Positions 8,849 to 18,776 of a DNA stretch of 64,000 nt are shown piece by piece. The notes beneath the pieces are model-generated. The model was not told the DNA's origin and did not search any database. It was given only the letters and a program-made list of their open reading frames with translations. Source of the stretch: Bacteroidales bacterium UBA4070 (GTDB lineage: Bacteria; Bacteroidota; Bacteroidia; Bacteroidales; VadinHA17); contig DFYY01000032.1 in the NCBI GenBank assembly GCA_002383485.1, positions 78,891 to 142,890 on the forward strand. Reading direction: 5' to 3'. Every line of letters begins with the position of its first letter. The first letter of the stretch is position 1. Both the position numbers and the translations under genes were made by a program.

Positions 8849-9364
8849 ATGAAGAGACTGATTTTTACAATGATTATCCTGGTGATGGCTGGCGTTGGCG
8901 CCATGAACGGCCAAGGACAAGGCCAGGGATTCGGGCAGGGTGCCATACAGCCTGACGGTGAGAAACTGACAGCGTACAAAATCGCCTTTTTCACAAAGAA
9001 CCTCGAGCTTACATCTGCGGAGGCTGAGAAATTCTGGCCGCTGTATAACGACTACTCTGCAAGGAAGAACAAGCTGCTTGCCGACCGTCTCTCAACCATG
9101 CGTTACGCTTCACAAAACGAGGCAAACATGAGTGAAGGTGAACTTGCATCGACAGCTGATAAACTGGCCAAGTCCTTTGCCGACGAAGCTGAAATGGTGG
9201 TATCCTTCAATGAGAGCCTTAAGGCGGTTCTGTCACCAAAGAAGATAATCAGGCTGTACCAGGTTGAGAACCAGTATAAGCAGCAGTTGCTTCGCGAGCT
9301 CAACCAGCGCAGGCAGGGTACCGGCCAGCCCGGGATGCGGGGCCGCGGGGGTCAGACTGGCTGA
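8849..9364 (+). CDS. Secreted helical protein, Spy/CpxP-like
   Basis: I prefer the start at MKRLIFTMIILVMAGVGAMNG (signal peptide) over the listed 8819. Helical repeats with an LELTSAEAEKFWPLY block, then a Gly/Arg/Gln-rich C-terminus. Confidence 0.45.
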   Translation: MKRLIFTMIILVMAGVGAMNGQGQGQGFGQGAIQPDGEKLTAYKIAFFTKNLELTSAEAEKFWPLYNDYSARKNKLLADRLSTMRYASQNEANMSEGELASTADKLAKSFADEAEMVVSFNESLKAVLSPKKIIRLYQVENQYKQQLLRELNQRRQGTGQPGMRGRGGQTG

Positions 9365-9380
9365 TGGTATATAAGGGGAG

Positions 9381-10748
9381 TCAACTCTTCCTGATGAATG
9401 ACGGGAGTGCAGATAGTGAAACGGCTATCTGTTCTCCCGTCTTCATATTTTTTACCGTAGCCTGGCCGGCTGCCAGTTCGTTGCTGCCGGCAATGACCAC
9501 ATAGGGAATCATCCTTGCATCGGCATAGGAGAACTGCTTCCTGAGCCTGACAGGTTCGGGATATAGCTCGGTGGCTATGCCTGACTCACGGAGAGATCCT
9601 GCTATCTTCATCAGGGCCGGCAGTTCTTCCTTCCCGAAGTTAATTATCAGAACCCCCGTGGAAGAGCCTGTCTGTTCCGGGAAGAGGTTAAGCTGCAGCA
9701 TGACATCATATATCCTGTCTGCCCCGAAGGAGACTCCCACCCCTGATACTCCCGGCAGTCCGAAAATGCCGGTCAGGTCATCATACCTGCCGCCGCCGCA
9801 TATGCTGCCGAAAGGAAGATCGGCAGCCTTGACCTCGATGATCGTGCCGGTGTAATAGTTCAACCCCCGTGCCAGGGAGAGATCCATCTCAACGGCACAG
9901 CGCAGAGGCTGCAATGCAAGGTAACCCAGCAACTCCTCCATCTCCGCGATCCCTTGCAATCCGACCGCCGAGGCGGCCATAATATTTTTCAGTTCAAGGA
10001 GCTTTTCTACTGATGACCCGCTCAGACCCAGGACCGGCTCCAGCCTTGCAATCGCCTCGGAATCAATGCCGCGCTGCAACAGCTCCTGCCTCACCCCATC
10101 GCTTCCGATCTTCTCAAGCTTGTCAATGGCAACGGTAATGTCAGTGATCCTGTCGGCCGCACCTGCAATCGCGGCAATACCCGCAAGTATCTTGCGGTTG
10201 TTGATCTTAACCGTGATATTGATACTCAGATCCTTAAATACACGGTCAATAATCTGCACCAGCTCGGCTTCGTTGAGGAGCGAATCACTGCCGATCACAT
10301 CCACATCGCACTGAAAGAACTCCCTGTACCTCCCCTTCTGAGGTTTGTCAGCCCTCCAGACGGGCTGTATCTGGTACCTGCGGAATGGAAAAGTAATCTC
10401 GTCACGGTGCTGCACAACGTAACGGGCAAAGGGAACGGTAAGATCATACCGGAGTCCCTTCTCGCTGATCTTCTGAGTCACGGTTGAGGTATCGGCCCGG
10501 GAGAGCGTCTCAGGTGCTACGTCTGCAAGAAAGTTACCGGAGTTGAGTATCCTGAAGATGAGCCTGTCACCCTCTTCGCCATACTTGCCCAGCAGTGTGG
10601 AAAGGTTCTCCATGGCAGGAGTCTCTATGGGGAGGTACCCGCAGAGCGAAAAGTTCTTGCGGATTATACCGAAGATATGGTTCCGGCGAAGCATCTCTGC
10701 CGGGGAGAAGTCGCGCGTGCCCTTAGGTATGGATGGTTTCTGGGACAT
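9381..10748 (-). CDS. hisS: Histidine--tRNA ligase
   Basis: Class II HisRS blocks: PKGTRDF, FRYQIQPVWRADKPQKGRYREFFQCD, LARGLNYYTG and CGGGRYD, plus an anticodon-binding C-terminus. Confidence 0.95.
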   Translation of the reverse strand: MSQKPSIPKGTRDFSPAEMLRRNHIFGIIRKNFSLCGYLPIETPAMENLSTLLGKYGEEGDRLIFRILNSGNFLADVAPETLSRADTSTVTQKISEKGLRYDLTVPFARYVVQHRDEITFPFRRYQIQPVWRADKPQKGRYREFFQCDVDVIGSDSLLNEAELVQIIDRVFKDLSINITVKINNRKILAGIAAIAGAADRITDITVAIDKLEKIGSDGVRQELLQRGIDSEAIARLEPVLGLSGSSVEKLLELKNIMAASAVGLQGIAEMEELLGYLALQPLRCAVEMDLSLARGLNYYTGTIIEVKAADLPFGSICGGGRYDDLTGIFGLPGVSGVGVSFGADRIYDVMLQLNLFPEQTGSSTGVLIINFGKEELPALMKIAGSLRESGIATELYPEPVRLRKQFSYADARMIPYVVIAGSNELAAGQATVKNMKTGEQIAVSLSALPSFIRKS

Positions 10749-10839
10749 GTCAGGATTGATTTCCCGACAAAAATATGAAAAAACGGCGTACAGGGATGAT
10801 ATTCACCGTATGCATATCATGTGCATTATTATGACGTAG

Positions 10840-10860
10840 CGGCAGGTCTGAGACCTGCCG
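10840..10860 (-). terminator. Hairpin downstream of the small membrane-protein gene
   Basis: Perfect 9-bp stem CGGCAGGTC-TGA-GACCTGCCG located 26 nt after the stop at 10886. No U-tract follows. Confidence 0.4.
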
Positions 10861-10885
10861 GTACCCCGTCACGATGACGGATTAT

Positions 10886-11242
10886 CTATTGGATGAAAGG
10901 AATAGAGATCGGGTATTTGAATACCTCGCCCTTTGCGGCCCTGATACTGGCAACGATGATGCAGACCACTTCGAGAATCCCGAGGGCAATCAGCAGGGGT
11001 ATACCTACTATGATGAAACACAGCGGAATAAGCAATACTGAGTAAAGCAGCATGGAAATCTGGAAGTTGAGTGAGGCCTTCCCGTTCAGGTTGACCCATT
11101 CGGATTCATCCTTCCTGGATATCCAGCAGATCAGCGGACCGATGATCCCGCCAAAGGGGAAAAAATAGCCGGCAAATGCTGACAGATGGCAGAACATTGA
11201 CCAATCACGCTCTGACTGGGTGTAGGGTTTAATCTCTTCCAT
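10886..11242 (-). CDS. Small integral membrane protein (DUF4870-like)
   Basis: SERDWSMFCHLSAFAGYFFPFGGIIGPLICW followed by further TM helices. Length 118 aa. Confidence 0.6.
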   Translation of the reverse strand: MEEIKPYTQSERDWSMFCHLSAFAGYFFPFGGIIGPLICWISRKDESEWVNLNGKASLNFQISMLLYSVLLIPLCFIIVGIPLLIALGILEVVCIIVASIRAAKGEVFKYPISIPFIQ

Positions 11243-11287
11243 TGGTTTTTTTCTAAAAGACGGTGTATGTATTGAAATGCTGCATTA

Positions 11288-12184
11288 TCAGAAGCGCGAC
11301 AGCCTCTTAAAGTCACTGATCAGAAGACCGCTGGCATTCCTGCTGTCAACCATATGGCTGTCATAGTAATACATCAGGGCATCATCAGCGCCGATCAGCG
11401 TCTTCATGCATGTCCCGGTCTGCTTGACGCCTTCCGGCCCTACCTTGTGAACTATAACGACATCCTTTCCCTTTTCCTCAATAGCCCGTATAATCTCCTC
11501 ATCATCAACTATCCTGACCTTGTAGGGGTAGTGAACGGCTATCCTGTCCAGACTGTTCACCTCGGGCGCCAGGTCCTCTTCCCGCACAAGGATTGTTTTA
11601 TTCTTTATTTCAGGAACATTCCTGTTGTAGTAGTTGAGGTACCTGAGTGCCGTTGTGGAGGGATTCTTCATCACCATCTCTGCATGATATTCCATGAACC
11701 TTATTATCAGGCCAAGCTTGTAGCTGTACTCTTCCTCCGGTGCACCGGAGAAACAGAGCGGGATGGCGCAAAACTCGGGAAGCTGGTCCAACTCGTCCAC
11801 GTCAGCTCCCTGAAGAAGGTTCAGGAAATCATAGGTGGAACCCGATTTGTCATTGCTGAAGTTGGTTATTGTCAGAACCAGAAAGGAAAGTGACGGATCA
11901 TTGCGCATTACATTGAACTCCTCCGTTGTTATATATTTCACCGGGGTGACCTTCCAGTACTTGTTGACCGCATCCCTGATCTCCGCATTGTAAAAGGAGA
12001 ACTGGTCATCTTCCTTAACAACACAGGTAACTGACTTCAGGAACCGTGCAGCATCATCAGATGTGGGCCATGGTCTTTGCTGAGACGATACCGAGGCAGA
12101 GATGAAAAGAGTAAGGAGCGACACGAGAAAGTGTCTTGTGAACCTTTTACTTTGGGGCAGGAAGAAGAACCGGGTTTCTTTCAT
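11288..12184 (-). CDS. Secreted protein of unknown function
   Basis: A 298-aa ORF with an N-terminal signal-like segment (FLVSLLTLFISASVSSQQ). I recognised no family motif. It overlaps the upstream gene by 38 nt. Confidence 0.55.
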   Translation of the reverse strand: MKETRFFFLPQSKRFTRHFLVSLLTLFISASVSSQQRPWPTSDDAARFLKSVTCVVKEDDQFSFYNAEIRDAVNKYWKVTPVKYITTEEFNVMRNDPSLSFLVLTITNFSNDKSGSTYDFLNLLQGADVDELDQLPEFCAIPLCFSGAPEEEYSYKLGLIIRFMEYHAEMVMKNPSTTALRYLNYYNRNVPEIKNKTILVREEDLAPEVNSLDRIAVHYPYKVRIVDDEEIIRAIEEKGKDVVIVHKVGPEGVKQTGTCMKTLIGADDALMYYYDSHMVDSRNASGLLISDFKRLSRF

Positions 12185-12887
12185 TGAATTTTCTGAGGTA
12201 TACGAACATCATCTTTTTCTGGTTCTTGTTGCGCAAGGAGACAAACTCCTCGTACAGCTCGGGATCCCTCATCAGCATCAGCTCAAGGTTTTCCAGGTTG
12301 TACTCATATGTCTTGCCCGTCTCGAAATCAATCATGAACATCTTCAGGTCTGTACGTGAGGGGCTGCGGTATGGATAACCGCTGTAGTAGGGGTCATAAT
12401 ACCGCGAGGAGTAGGGGCTGTAGTAATACGGCGAATAGAGAGACCTGTAAGGGGAATAGTAGGGATCATAGTATCCGTACTGGTTATAACCCGTCTGGGT
12501 GGTGATATCGGCCACAAAATGAATGATTGATCCGAAGAAGGTGATGCGGTTGAAGTTACCCTGCACTTTTGCATACAGCACGCCATTGCGTGCAAAACCC
12601 CAGATATTGTCCTTCTCAATCTCCTGTCGCACACCCAGATTGTCATAGAAATAGATCTTTTCAGAGGAGATCACCTGGTCAAAGAAATCCTTGTCATTGT
12701 AATCTACCGAGGTGAACAGCTTAGCCTTGGGAATTGGGCTGTTGGTCTTCACCATGTCAAAGTTCAGGTAAATTCCGTCCCTGAACTTAAAGTCAGGGGT
12801 ATACTGAACAAGAGTATCCCCCTGCTGTGCCCGGACCATACCTGCTGCAACCAGTGCCAGAATCAGTGTCAATAAGCCCTTTTTCAT
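12147..12887 (-). CDS. Secreted protein of unknown function with internal Tyr/Pro/Ser-rich low-complexity insert
   Basis: I prefer the start at MKKGLLTLILALVAAGMVRAQQ (M28 of the listed ORF). It contains GYNQYGYYDPYYSPYRSLYSPYYYSPYSSRYYDPYYSGYPYRSPSR. Confidence 0.55.
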   Translation of the reverse strand: MKKGLLTLILALVAAGMVRAQQGDTLVQYTPDFKFRDGIYLNFDMVKTNSPIPKAKLFTSVDYNDKDFFDQVISSEKIYFYDNLGVRQEIEKDNIWGFARNGVLYAKVQGNFNRITFFGSIIHFVADITTQTGYNQYGYYDPYYSPYRSLYSPYYYSPYSSRYYDPYYSGYPYRSPSRTDLKMFMIDFETGKTYEYNLENLELMLMRDPELYEEFVSLRNKNQKKMMFVYLRKFNERNPVLLPAPK

Positions 12888-13026
12888 CACACTCTTTTTC
12901 AGATTTACTTCAAAAATTATACCGTAAGGCAAAAATAATCTTTTATAGGTACTGAAAGCAGCCCTCACTTTATCTTTATTGAAATTGATGTATCTTTGAG
13001 TAACGTAAATCTACTGCGCTCATATT

Positions 13027-14358
13027 ATGCCGAACAGAACAAAACCCTCCTCCATCCCGCATTCGGATCTGATGACCCGGAGGACGCGTGACCGGATTCT
13101 CATGCCTGTGGCACTTGCGCTTCTTCTGGTTGTCATTGCGCTTGTATCAGCTCTGTCAGGCCTGATCTACGTGCCTTATGTGGCAGGAGTCATAGCAGTG
13201 ATACCACTGGCAGTGTCAATAGCAGAACTCAGGAGGCTGATTTCCGACAGCAGGGATATTCTCAGAGAGCTGGCAGACATAGCGGAAAAGAACGAAGCGG
13301 TTATCAACTCCTTCTCACACAAGATAAGGGAGCCTCTCAACAACCTGGTCCTCCTCGGGAACATGCTCAGCGAGACAACCACCTCACCAAAGCAGCAGGA
13401 GTTGGTTGAGACTTTCGTTGCCTCCACCGGCTCAATGGTTGATGTGGTCAATGAACTCACGATGGAGACGGCCGGGAACATAACCTTCGAGCGCAGGGGA
13501 GAGATAAGATTCAGGCTGGGGCCCATCATTCATGATACCATCGGCCTGATGAAACTGAACAAGAAGCATGAACAGAGCGTAGTGATCTATGATGACCGGG
13601 GCGAGGGAGCAGGAGAATACAGCGGTGATCCAATCATCCTGAAGCAAATACTGATTGATCTTCTCAGTGCTGCCATTTCCGGTGCATCCGGCAAGGTGAC
13701 CATTAAGATACAGGCCAGGGAAGCCGGCCTGAAGGAAGGAGCTCAGAAGGTGGAGTTCACACTGTCATCCAACAACCCTGTGGTATTCATCGGTGAGGGC
13801 CGGCAGCCATGGCCGCTGGCAGCCAGGCTGATCCGTGACGGCGGGGGAAACTGGCAGGAATCAACAACAGGCTCAGGATCATGGTTTGTATTCCATATTT
13901 ATCTGCGTAAGGCTGATAAGCTTACCCAGCCGGCAGCCGCCAGCACACTCATAAAGGGTATGCAGCCTGAAAAGGGCAGAAAGGAGATGAAAGACCTTAA
14001 TATTCTGCTGGTAGAAGACAATCCTATAAACCAGCGTATCACACAGCTCATGCTGGAGCCGCTCATCAAACGACTTGAGATAGCCCGCAACGGGAAGGAG
14101 GCACTGGACATGTTCGGGACAGCGCGCTATGACATGATACTGATGGACGTACAGATGCCGGTGATGAACGGGTTGGTTGCTGCCGAAAAGATACGGAACC
14201 TTGAGATGAGCACCCAGGTACACATCCCGATCATAGCGATTACTGCAAATGCAATGCTGGGCGACAGGGAACAGTGCCTGGCAGTAGGTATGGATGACTA
14301 TATCAGTAAACCAATTGAGCCTGAAGTGCTTATAGAAAAGATCACGGCGCTGATCTGA
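13027..14358 (+). CDS. Hybrid sensor histidine kinase / response-regulator receiver with degenerate ATP-binding domain
   Basis: Two N-terminal TM helices. H-box FSHKIREPLNNL. Receiver domain ILLVEDNPINQ...DMILMDVQMPVMNG...IIAITANA...YISKP. The N-box reads LIDLLSAAISG (no Asn) and no DxGxG G1 box is visible. Confidence 0.8.
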   Translation: MPNRTKPSSIPHSDLMTRRTRDRILMPVALALLLVVIALVSALSGLIYVPYVAGVIAVIPLAVSIAELRRLISDSRDILRELADIAEKNEAVINSFSHKIREPLNNLVLLGNMLSETTTSPKQQELVETFVASTGSMVDVVNELTMETAGNITFERRGEIRFRLGPIIHDTIGLMKLNKKHEQSVVIYDDRGEGAGEYSGDPIILKQILIDLLSAAISGASGKVTIKIQAREAGLKEGAQKVEFTLSSNNPVVFIGEGRQPWPLAARLIRDGGGNWQESTTGSGSWFVFHIYLRKADKLTQPAAASTLIKGMQPEKGRKEMKDLNILLVEDNPINQRITQLMLEPLIKRLEIARNGKEALDMFGTARYDMILMDVQMPVMNGLVAAEKIRNLEMSTQVHIPIIAITANAMLGDREQCLAVGMDDYISKPIEPEVLIEKITALI

Positions 14359-14388
14359 GAAGTGACAGCAGCAAGTATCCGGCAGCAG

Positions 14389-14407
14389 CCCGGGAAAACA
14401 TCCCGGG
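14389..14407. terminator. Hairpin between convergent genes
   Basis: CCCGGGA-AAACA-TCCCGGG, a 7-bp stem, lying between the stops at 14358 (+) and 14460 (-). Confidence 0.4.
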
Positions 14408-14459
14408 AGGTACCGGCGGCATGCAGGCAGCCCAGACGGATCAGCCCGGGGTCGCCCCG

Positions 14460-15440
14460 TCAGAAAGGCTTCACACCCAAAATCATCATGTCATCAATCT
14501 GATCATGACCCTCCATCCAGGAGTCAATGGTCTCGTCCAGTATACGCTGCTGGTCAGGCAGCGGGTATTTACTGATCGTGAGAAGTATGTGTCTCAGACG
14601 GCGGTACATGAACTTCTTGTTATCGGGGCCACCGAACTGGTCAGCGTAACCGTCAGAGAAGAGATAGAGAAGATCACCATCCTGAAGGGTGAAAGTGCTC
14701 CGGTTGAATGAGACCATTGCAAAAGACTGAACCACATTCTTCTTGTCACCCTTGATCTCTATCAGCTTGTCGTCACGAACTATGTAAACCGGCAGGAACG
14801 CACCGGAGAACTCCATCAGCCTGGTCTTTTTATCTATGATGCATATGCTCATCTCTATTCCGTCCTTGATGATAGGCTTGCCGCTCTCCTCCTTGTAGAA
14901 GGCCGACTCCAGTTCGCGGTTCATCGTGAGCAGTACCTGGTCACTGTCATCCACTTTCATATCATTGATGATCTTGTGAATGAGTTCCAGGCCGATCATT
15001 GACATCAGGGCCCCGGGAACACCGTGGCCGGTGCAGTCGGCTGCAGCTATGAAGTACTTGTCATCACGCTCACTGAACCAGTAAAAGTCGCCGCTGACGA
15101 TATGCTTCGGACGGTAGTATATAAAATAGTCCGGAAAGATCCTGCGGATATGGTGTTCCGAGGGGAGGAGCGCCGCCTGTATCCTGCGGGCATAATTGAG
15201 ACTGTCAGTCAGATCCTTGTTTCGAAGCTGCAGTTCTGACCTTTGAATCTCAATCTCGCTGTAAGCGCTTTTCATCTCTGAAAGGTGCTTCCTGGTCCGC
15301 AGGAGCACCCAGAACTGCAGGACGGCGAGGTAGATAAGTGCCACAACAATGAATACGGCTATGGCATAGTTGATGACCGGATTGTCTCTCAGTCCGTCTG
15401 CCATTGCAGCAGCCAGGGCCGATGGCATCAGGCTGTTCAC
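14460..15440 (-). CDS. Membrane-anchored PP2C/SpoIIE-family serine phosphatase
   Basis: One TM helix and a coiled-coil segment, then SGDFYWF and ADCTGHGVPGALMS motifs and a C-terminal DDMMILGVK. The GTG start at 15440 overlaps the UbiD stop (GTGA); an alternative ATG lies at 15428. Confidence 0.85.
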   Translation of the reverse strand: MNSLMPSALAAAMADGLRDNPVINYAIAVFIVVALIYLAVLQFWVLLRTRKHLSEMKSAYSEIEIQRSELQLRNKDLTDSLNYARRIQAALLPSEHHIRRIFPDYFIYYRPKHIVSGDFYWFSERDDKYFIAAADCTGHGVPGALMSMIGLELIHKIINDMKVDDSDQVLLTMNRELESAFYKEESGKPIIKDGIEMSICIIDKKTRLMEFSGAFLPVYIVRDDKLIEIKGDKKNVVQSFAMVSFNRSTFTLQDGDLLYLFSDGYADQFGGPDNKKFMYRRLRHILLTISKYPLPDQQRILDETIDSWMEGHDQIDDMMILGVKPF

Positions 15441-17326
15441 CCGGCGGTGGCCCTTTCTGTCTCCACTGAAGCTTCCCCCGGTTTGAGGAGAGGCAATAGT
15501 CTCAGAGACGGTGATTCAACCAGCGGGCCGAGGCCGTATTCATCCCACCTGCGGTCTACCAGAGCGATCGTCTCAGGGGAAGAGCAGACGACATTGGGCC
15601 AATCCCGCGGAAAAACCGGCAACGAACGGGTTTTTGAGGTGGCATCAATAAAGATCGCTCCTCCCTTGAGGTGGTACAAGTCACGTGCGGGGTCACTGTT
15701 GCCGGTCACCAGCCATGTCAGCATGGCAGGATCATCAGCGTCAGCGCCTTCATCCACTGCGATGACCACTGTGCCAGGGGCAGTGAGCGGAACAGGCAGT
15801 GATGCTGCAAGACGGTTCATATCCAACCCTTCCGGCGGCTTCCTGACGGTCAGTACCGCAACGGGCAATGAATAATCAGCCAGGGTCTGCATACCGGTAA
15901 CAACACCGCCGGTGACCTCATCACCCGTAAGCAGCAACAGCGGAACCGAATGATACTCGGCAGTACGCTCCTCGGCAAGCTTCACCGTGGCGTCAATACC
16001 CAGCTTACCTCCCATACTGAACCTGTCGGAAGCATGATCGAGAACATCAAGCGGCCCGCGGGTAAGGAGAAAGTCTGTCTCAAACCTGACATTGGCAAAG
16101 AAGGCCTCCGCCACAGCATGGTAATCAGTCACATGCACAGGGCTGCTCACCACGATTATATACTTACTGAGCATCATCTGTCCGGCGCCAAAGAGAGCAC
16201 TGAGCACCTTCATTCCCTGCCCCGGATAGGTTTTATCAATACTTACTATCACCAGGTTATGGGCAACACCTGATACAGGCATGTGCAACTCCCGTATCTC
16301 CGGTGCAATGGCCAGCTTGATCGGGGCAAAGAAGATTTTTTCAGTAGCCTTACCCATCCATGCATCCTCCATCGGGGGCACACCTACCACTGTGGCAGGG
16401 TAAACGGCATTCCTCCGGTGTGTAATGCAGGTGACATGAAACCTTGGGTATAAGTCTGCCAGCGAGTAGAAGCCGGTGTGATCACCAAAGGGTCCTTCTC
16501 TTACAGGGCTCTCGGCAGTATCAACATACCCTTCGATGACAAAATCAGAGTCAGCCGGTACCCAGAGGTCGTTGGTAAGGCATCTGACAAGTTTTACCCT
16601 CTTCTTCCGCAGGAATGCTGCGAGAATGTATTCACTGATCTCCTCCGGCAGCGGTGCTGTTGCTGCGTATGTATAGACAGGGTCACCACCCAGGGTCACC
16701 GTGACGGGCATACGCCCTCCCCTTTTTTTCCATTCATCGTAATGGCGGGCACCGGTCTTATGACGGTGCCAGTGCATCCCGGTGACATCGCTGCCCATCA
16801 CCTGCATGCGGTACATTCCAAGATTTGGCCTGCCCGTCACCGGGTGCCTGGTATGGACCAGGGGCAGTGTGATGAATCGGCCGCCGTCATAAGGCCAGCA
16901 TTTGAGTATCGGGAGCCTGCCAAGGTCGGCAACGGGTTCAACCACCTCCTGACACTCACCCCTGCCCCTCCTCCTGCCTGGTGAGAGGGTGAGGAGCCTG
17001 AGCATACCGGGCAGACGCATCAGTTTGCCGGTTAATCCGCGTGCAGAGCTTAATGATTCCACCACTGAGAAGATCTCCTCTCCTGCATCGTCAAGGGAAG
17101 TACGGCCCATAGCTGCAGCCATACGCTCGTCAGAGGAAAAGGCGTTAATAAGCAGAGGGAAGTCAGTGCCGGTATTCTCGAACAGAAGGGCTTTGCCCCC
17201 GCTCTTCACCAGCCTGTCAGCTATCTCGGTTATTTCAAGTACGGGATCGACAGGGCACGTTACGCGTGCCAGCCAGCCGCGGGACTCCATAAATGCGGCA
17301 TATTGAGCCAGACCGTTGAATGACAT
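15437..17326 (-). CDS. UbiD-family (prenylated-FMN dependent) decarboxylase with ~150-aa C-terminal extension
   Basis: UbiD-like blocks: GGKALLFEN, CWPYDGGRFITLPLVHTRHP, NLGMYRMQV, HWHRHKTGA, GPFGDHTGFY. At 629 aa it is longer than the ~500 aa typical of this family. Confidence 0.8.
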   Translation of the reverse strand: MSFNGLAQYAAFMESRGWLARVTCPVDPVLEITEIADRLVKSGGKALLFENTGTDFPLLINAFSSDERMAAAMGRTSLDDAGEEIFSVVESLSSARGLTGKLMRLPGMLRLLTLSPGRRRGRGECQEVVEPVADLGRLPILKCWPYDGGRFITLPLVHTRHPVTGRPNLGMYRMQVMGSDVTGMHWHRHKTGARHYDEWKKRGGRMPVTVTLGGDPVYTYAATAPLPEEISEYILAAFLRKKRVKLVRCLTNDLWVPADSDFVIEGYVDTAESPVREGPFGDHTGFYSLADLYPRFHVTCITHRRNAVYPATVVGVPPMEDAWMGKATEKIFFAPIKLAIAPEIRELHMPVSGVAHNLVIVSIDKTYPGQGMKVLSALFGAGQMMLSKYIIVVSSPVHVTDYHAVAEAFFANVRFETDFLLTRGPLDVLDHASDRFSMGGKLGIDATVKLAEERTAEYHSVPLLLLTGDEVTGGVVTGMQTLADYSLPVAVLTVRKPPEGLDMNRLAASLPVPLTAPGTVVIAVDEGADADDPAMLTWLVTGNSDPARDLYHLKGGAIFIDATSKTRSLPVFPRDWPNVVCSSPETIALVDRRWDEYGLGPLVESPSLRLLPLLKPGEASVETERATAG

Positions 17327-17354
17327 TAAGACACAGGTTTCTACAAATATAAAA

Positions 17355-17384
17355 ATAAAAACTCCGCCTCAGCGGAGTTTTTTA
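17355..17384 (-). terminator. Rho-independent terminator after eno (symmetrical A/T tracts)
   Basis: AAAAAACTCCGC-CTCA-GCGGAGTTTTTT. The hairpin is flanked by A- and T-tracts and sits 19 nt past the eno stop. Confidence 0.7.
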
Positions 17385-17402
17385 AATGAGGGTGTGTTTG
17401 TC

Positions 17403-18689
<1,287 letters not shown>

Positions 18690-18718
18690 TTATGTTTAAT
18701 TGAATTAAATGCAATATA

Positions 18719-18756
18719 AGAAAAAAAGGGATACGGCCATAAAGACAATATCCCTT
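18719..18756 (-). terminator. Rho-independent terminator ending the ribosomal superoperon
   Basis: On the minus strand, AAGGGATA-(15 nt loop)-TATCCCTT is followed by a T-run. It starts 21 nt after the rplQ stop. Confidence 0.7.
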
Positions 18757-18776
18757 CCGTATGTAAGCATATTCTG

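Noticed and set aside
15285-15875. 196-aa plus-strand ORF, and other plus-strand ORFs up to 17306
   Set aside because: They are antisense to the SpoIIE and UbiD genes, which carry clear family motifs. The sequences are low-complexity and Ser/Gly/Arg-rich.
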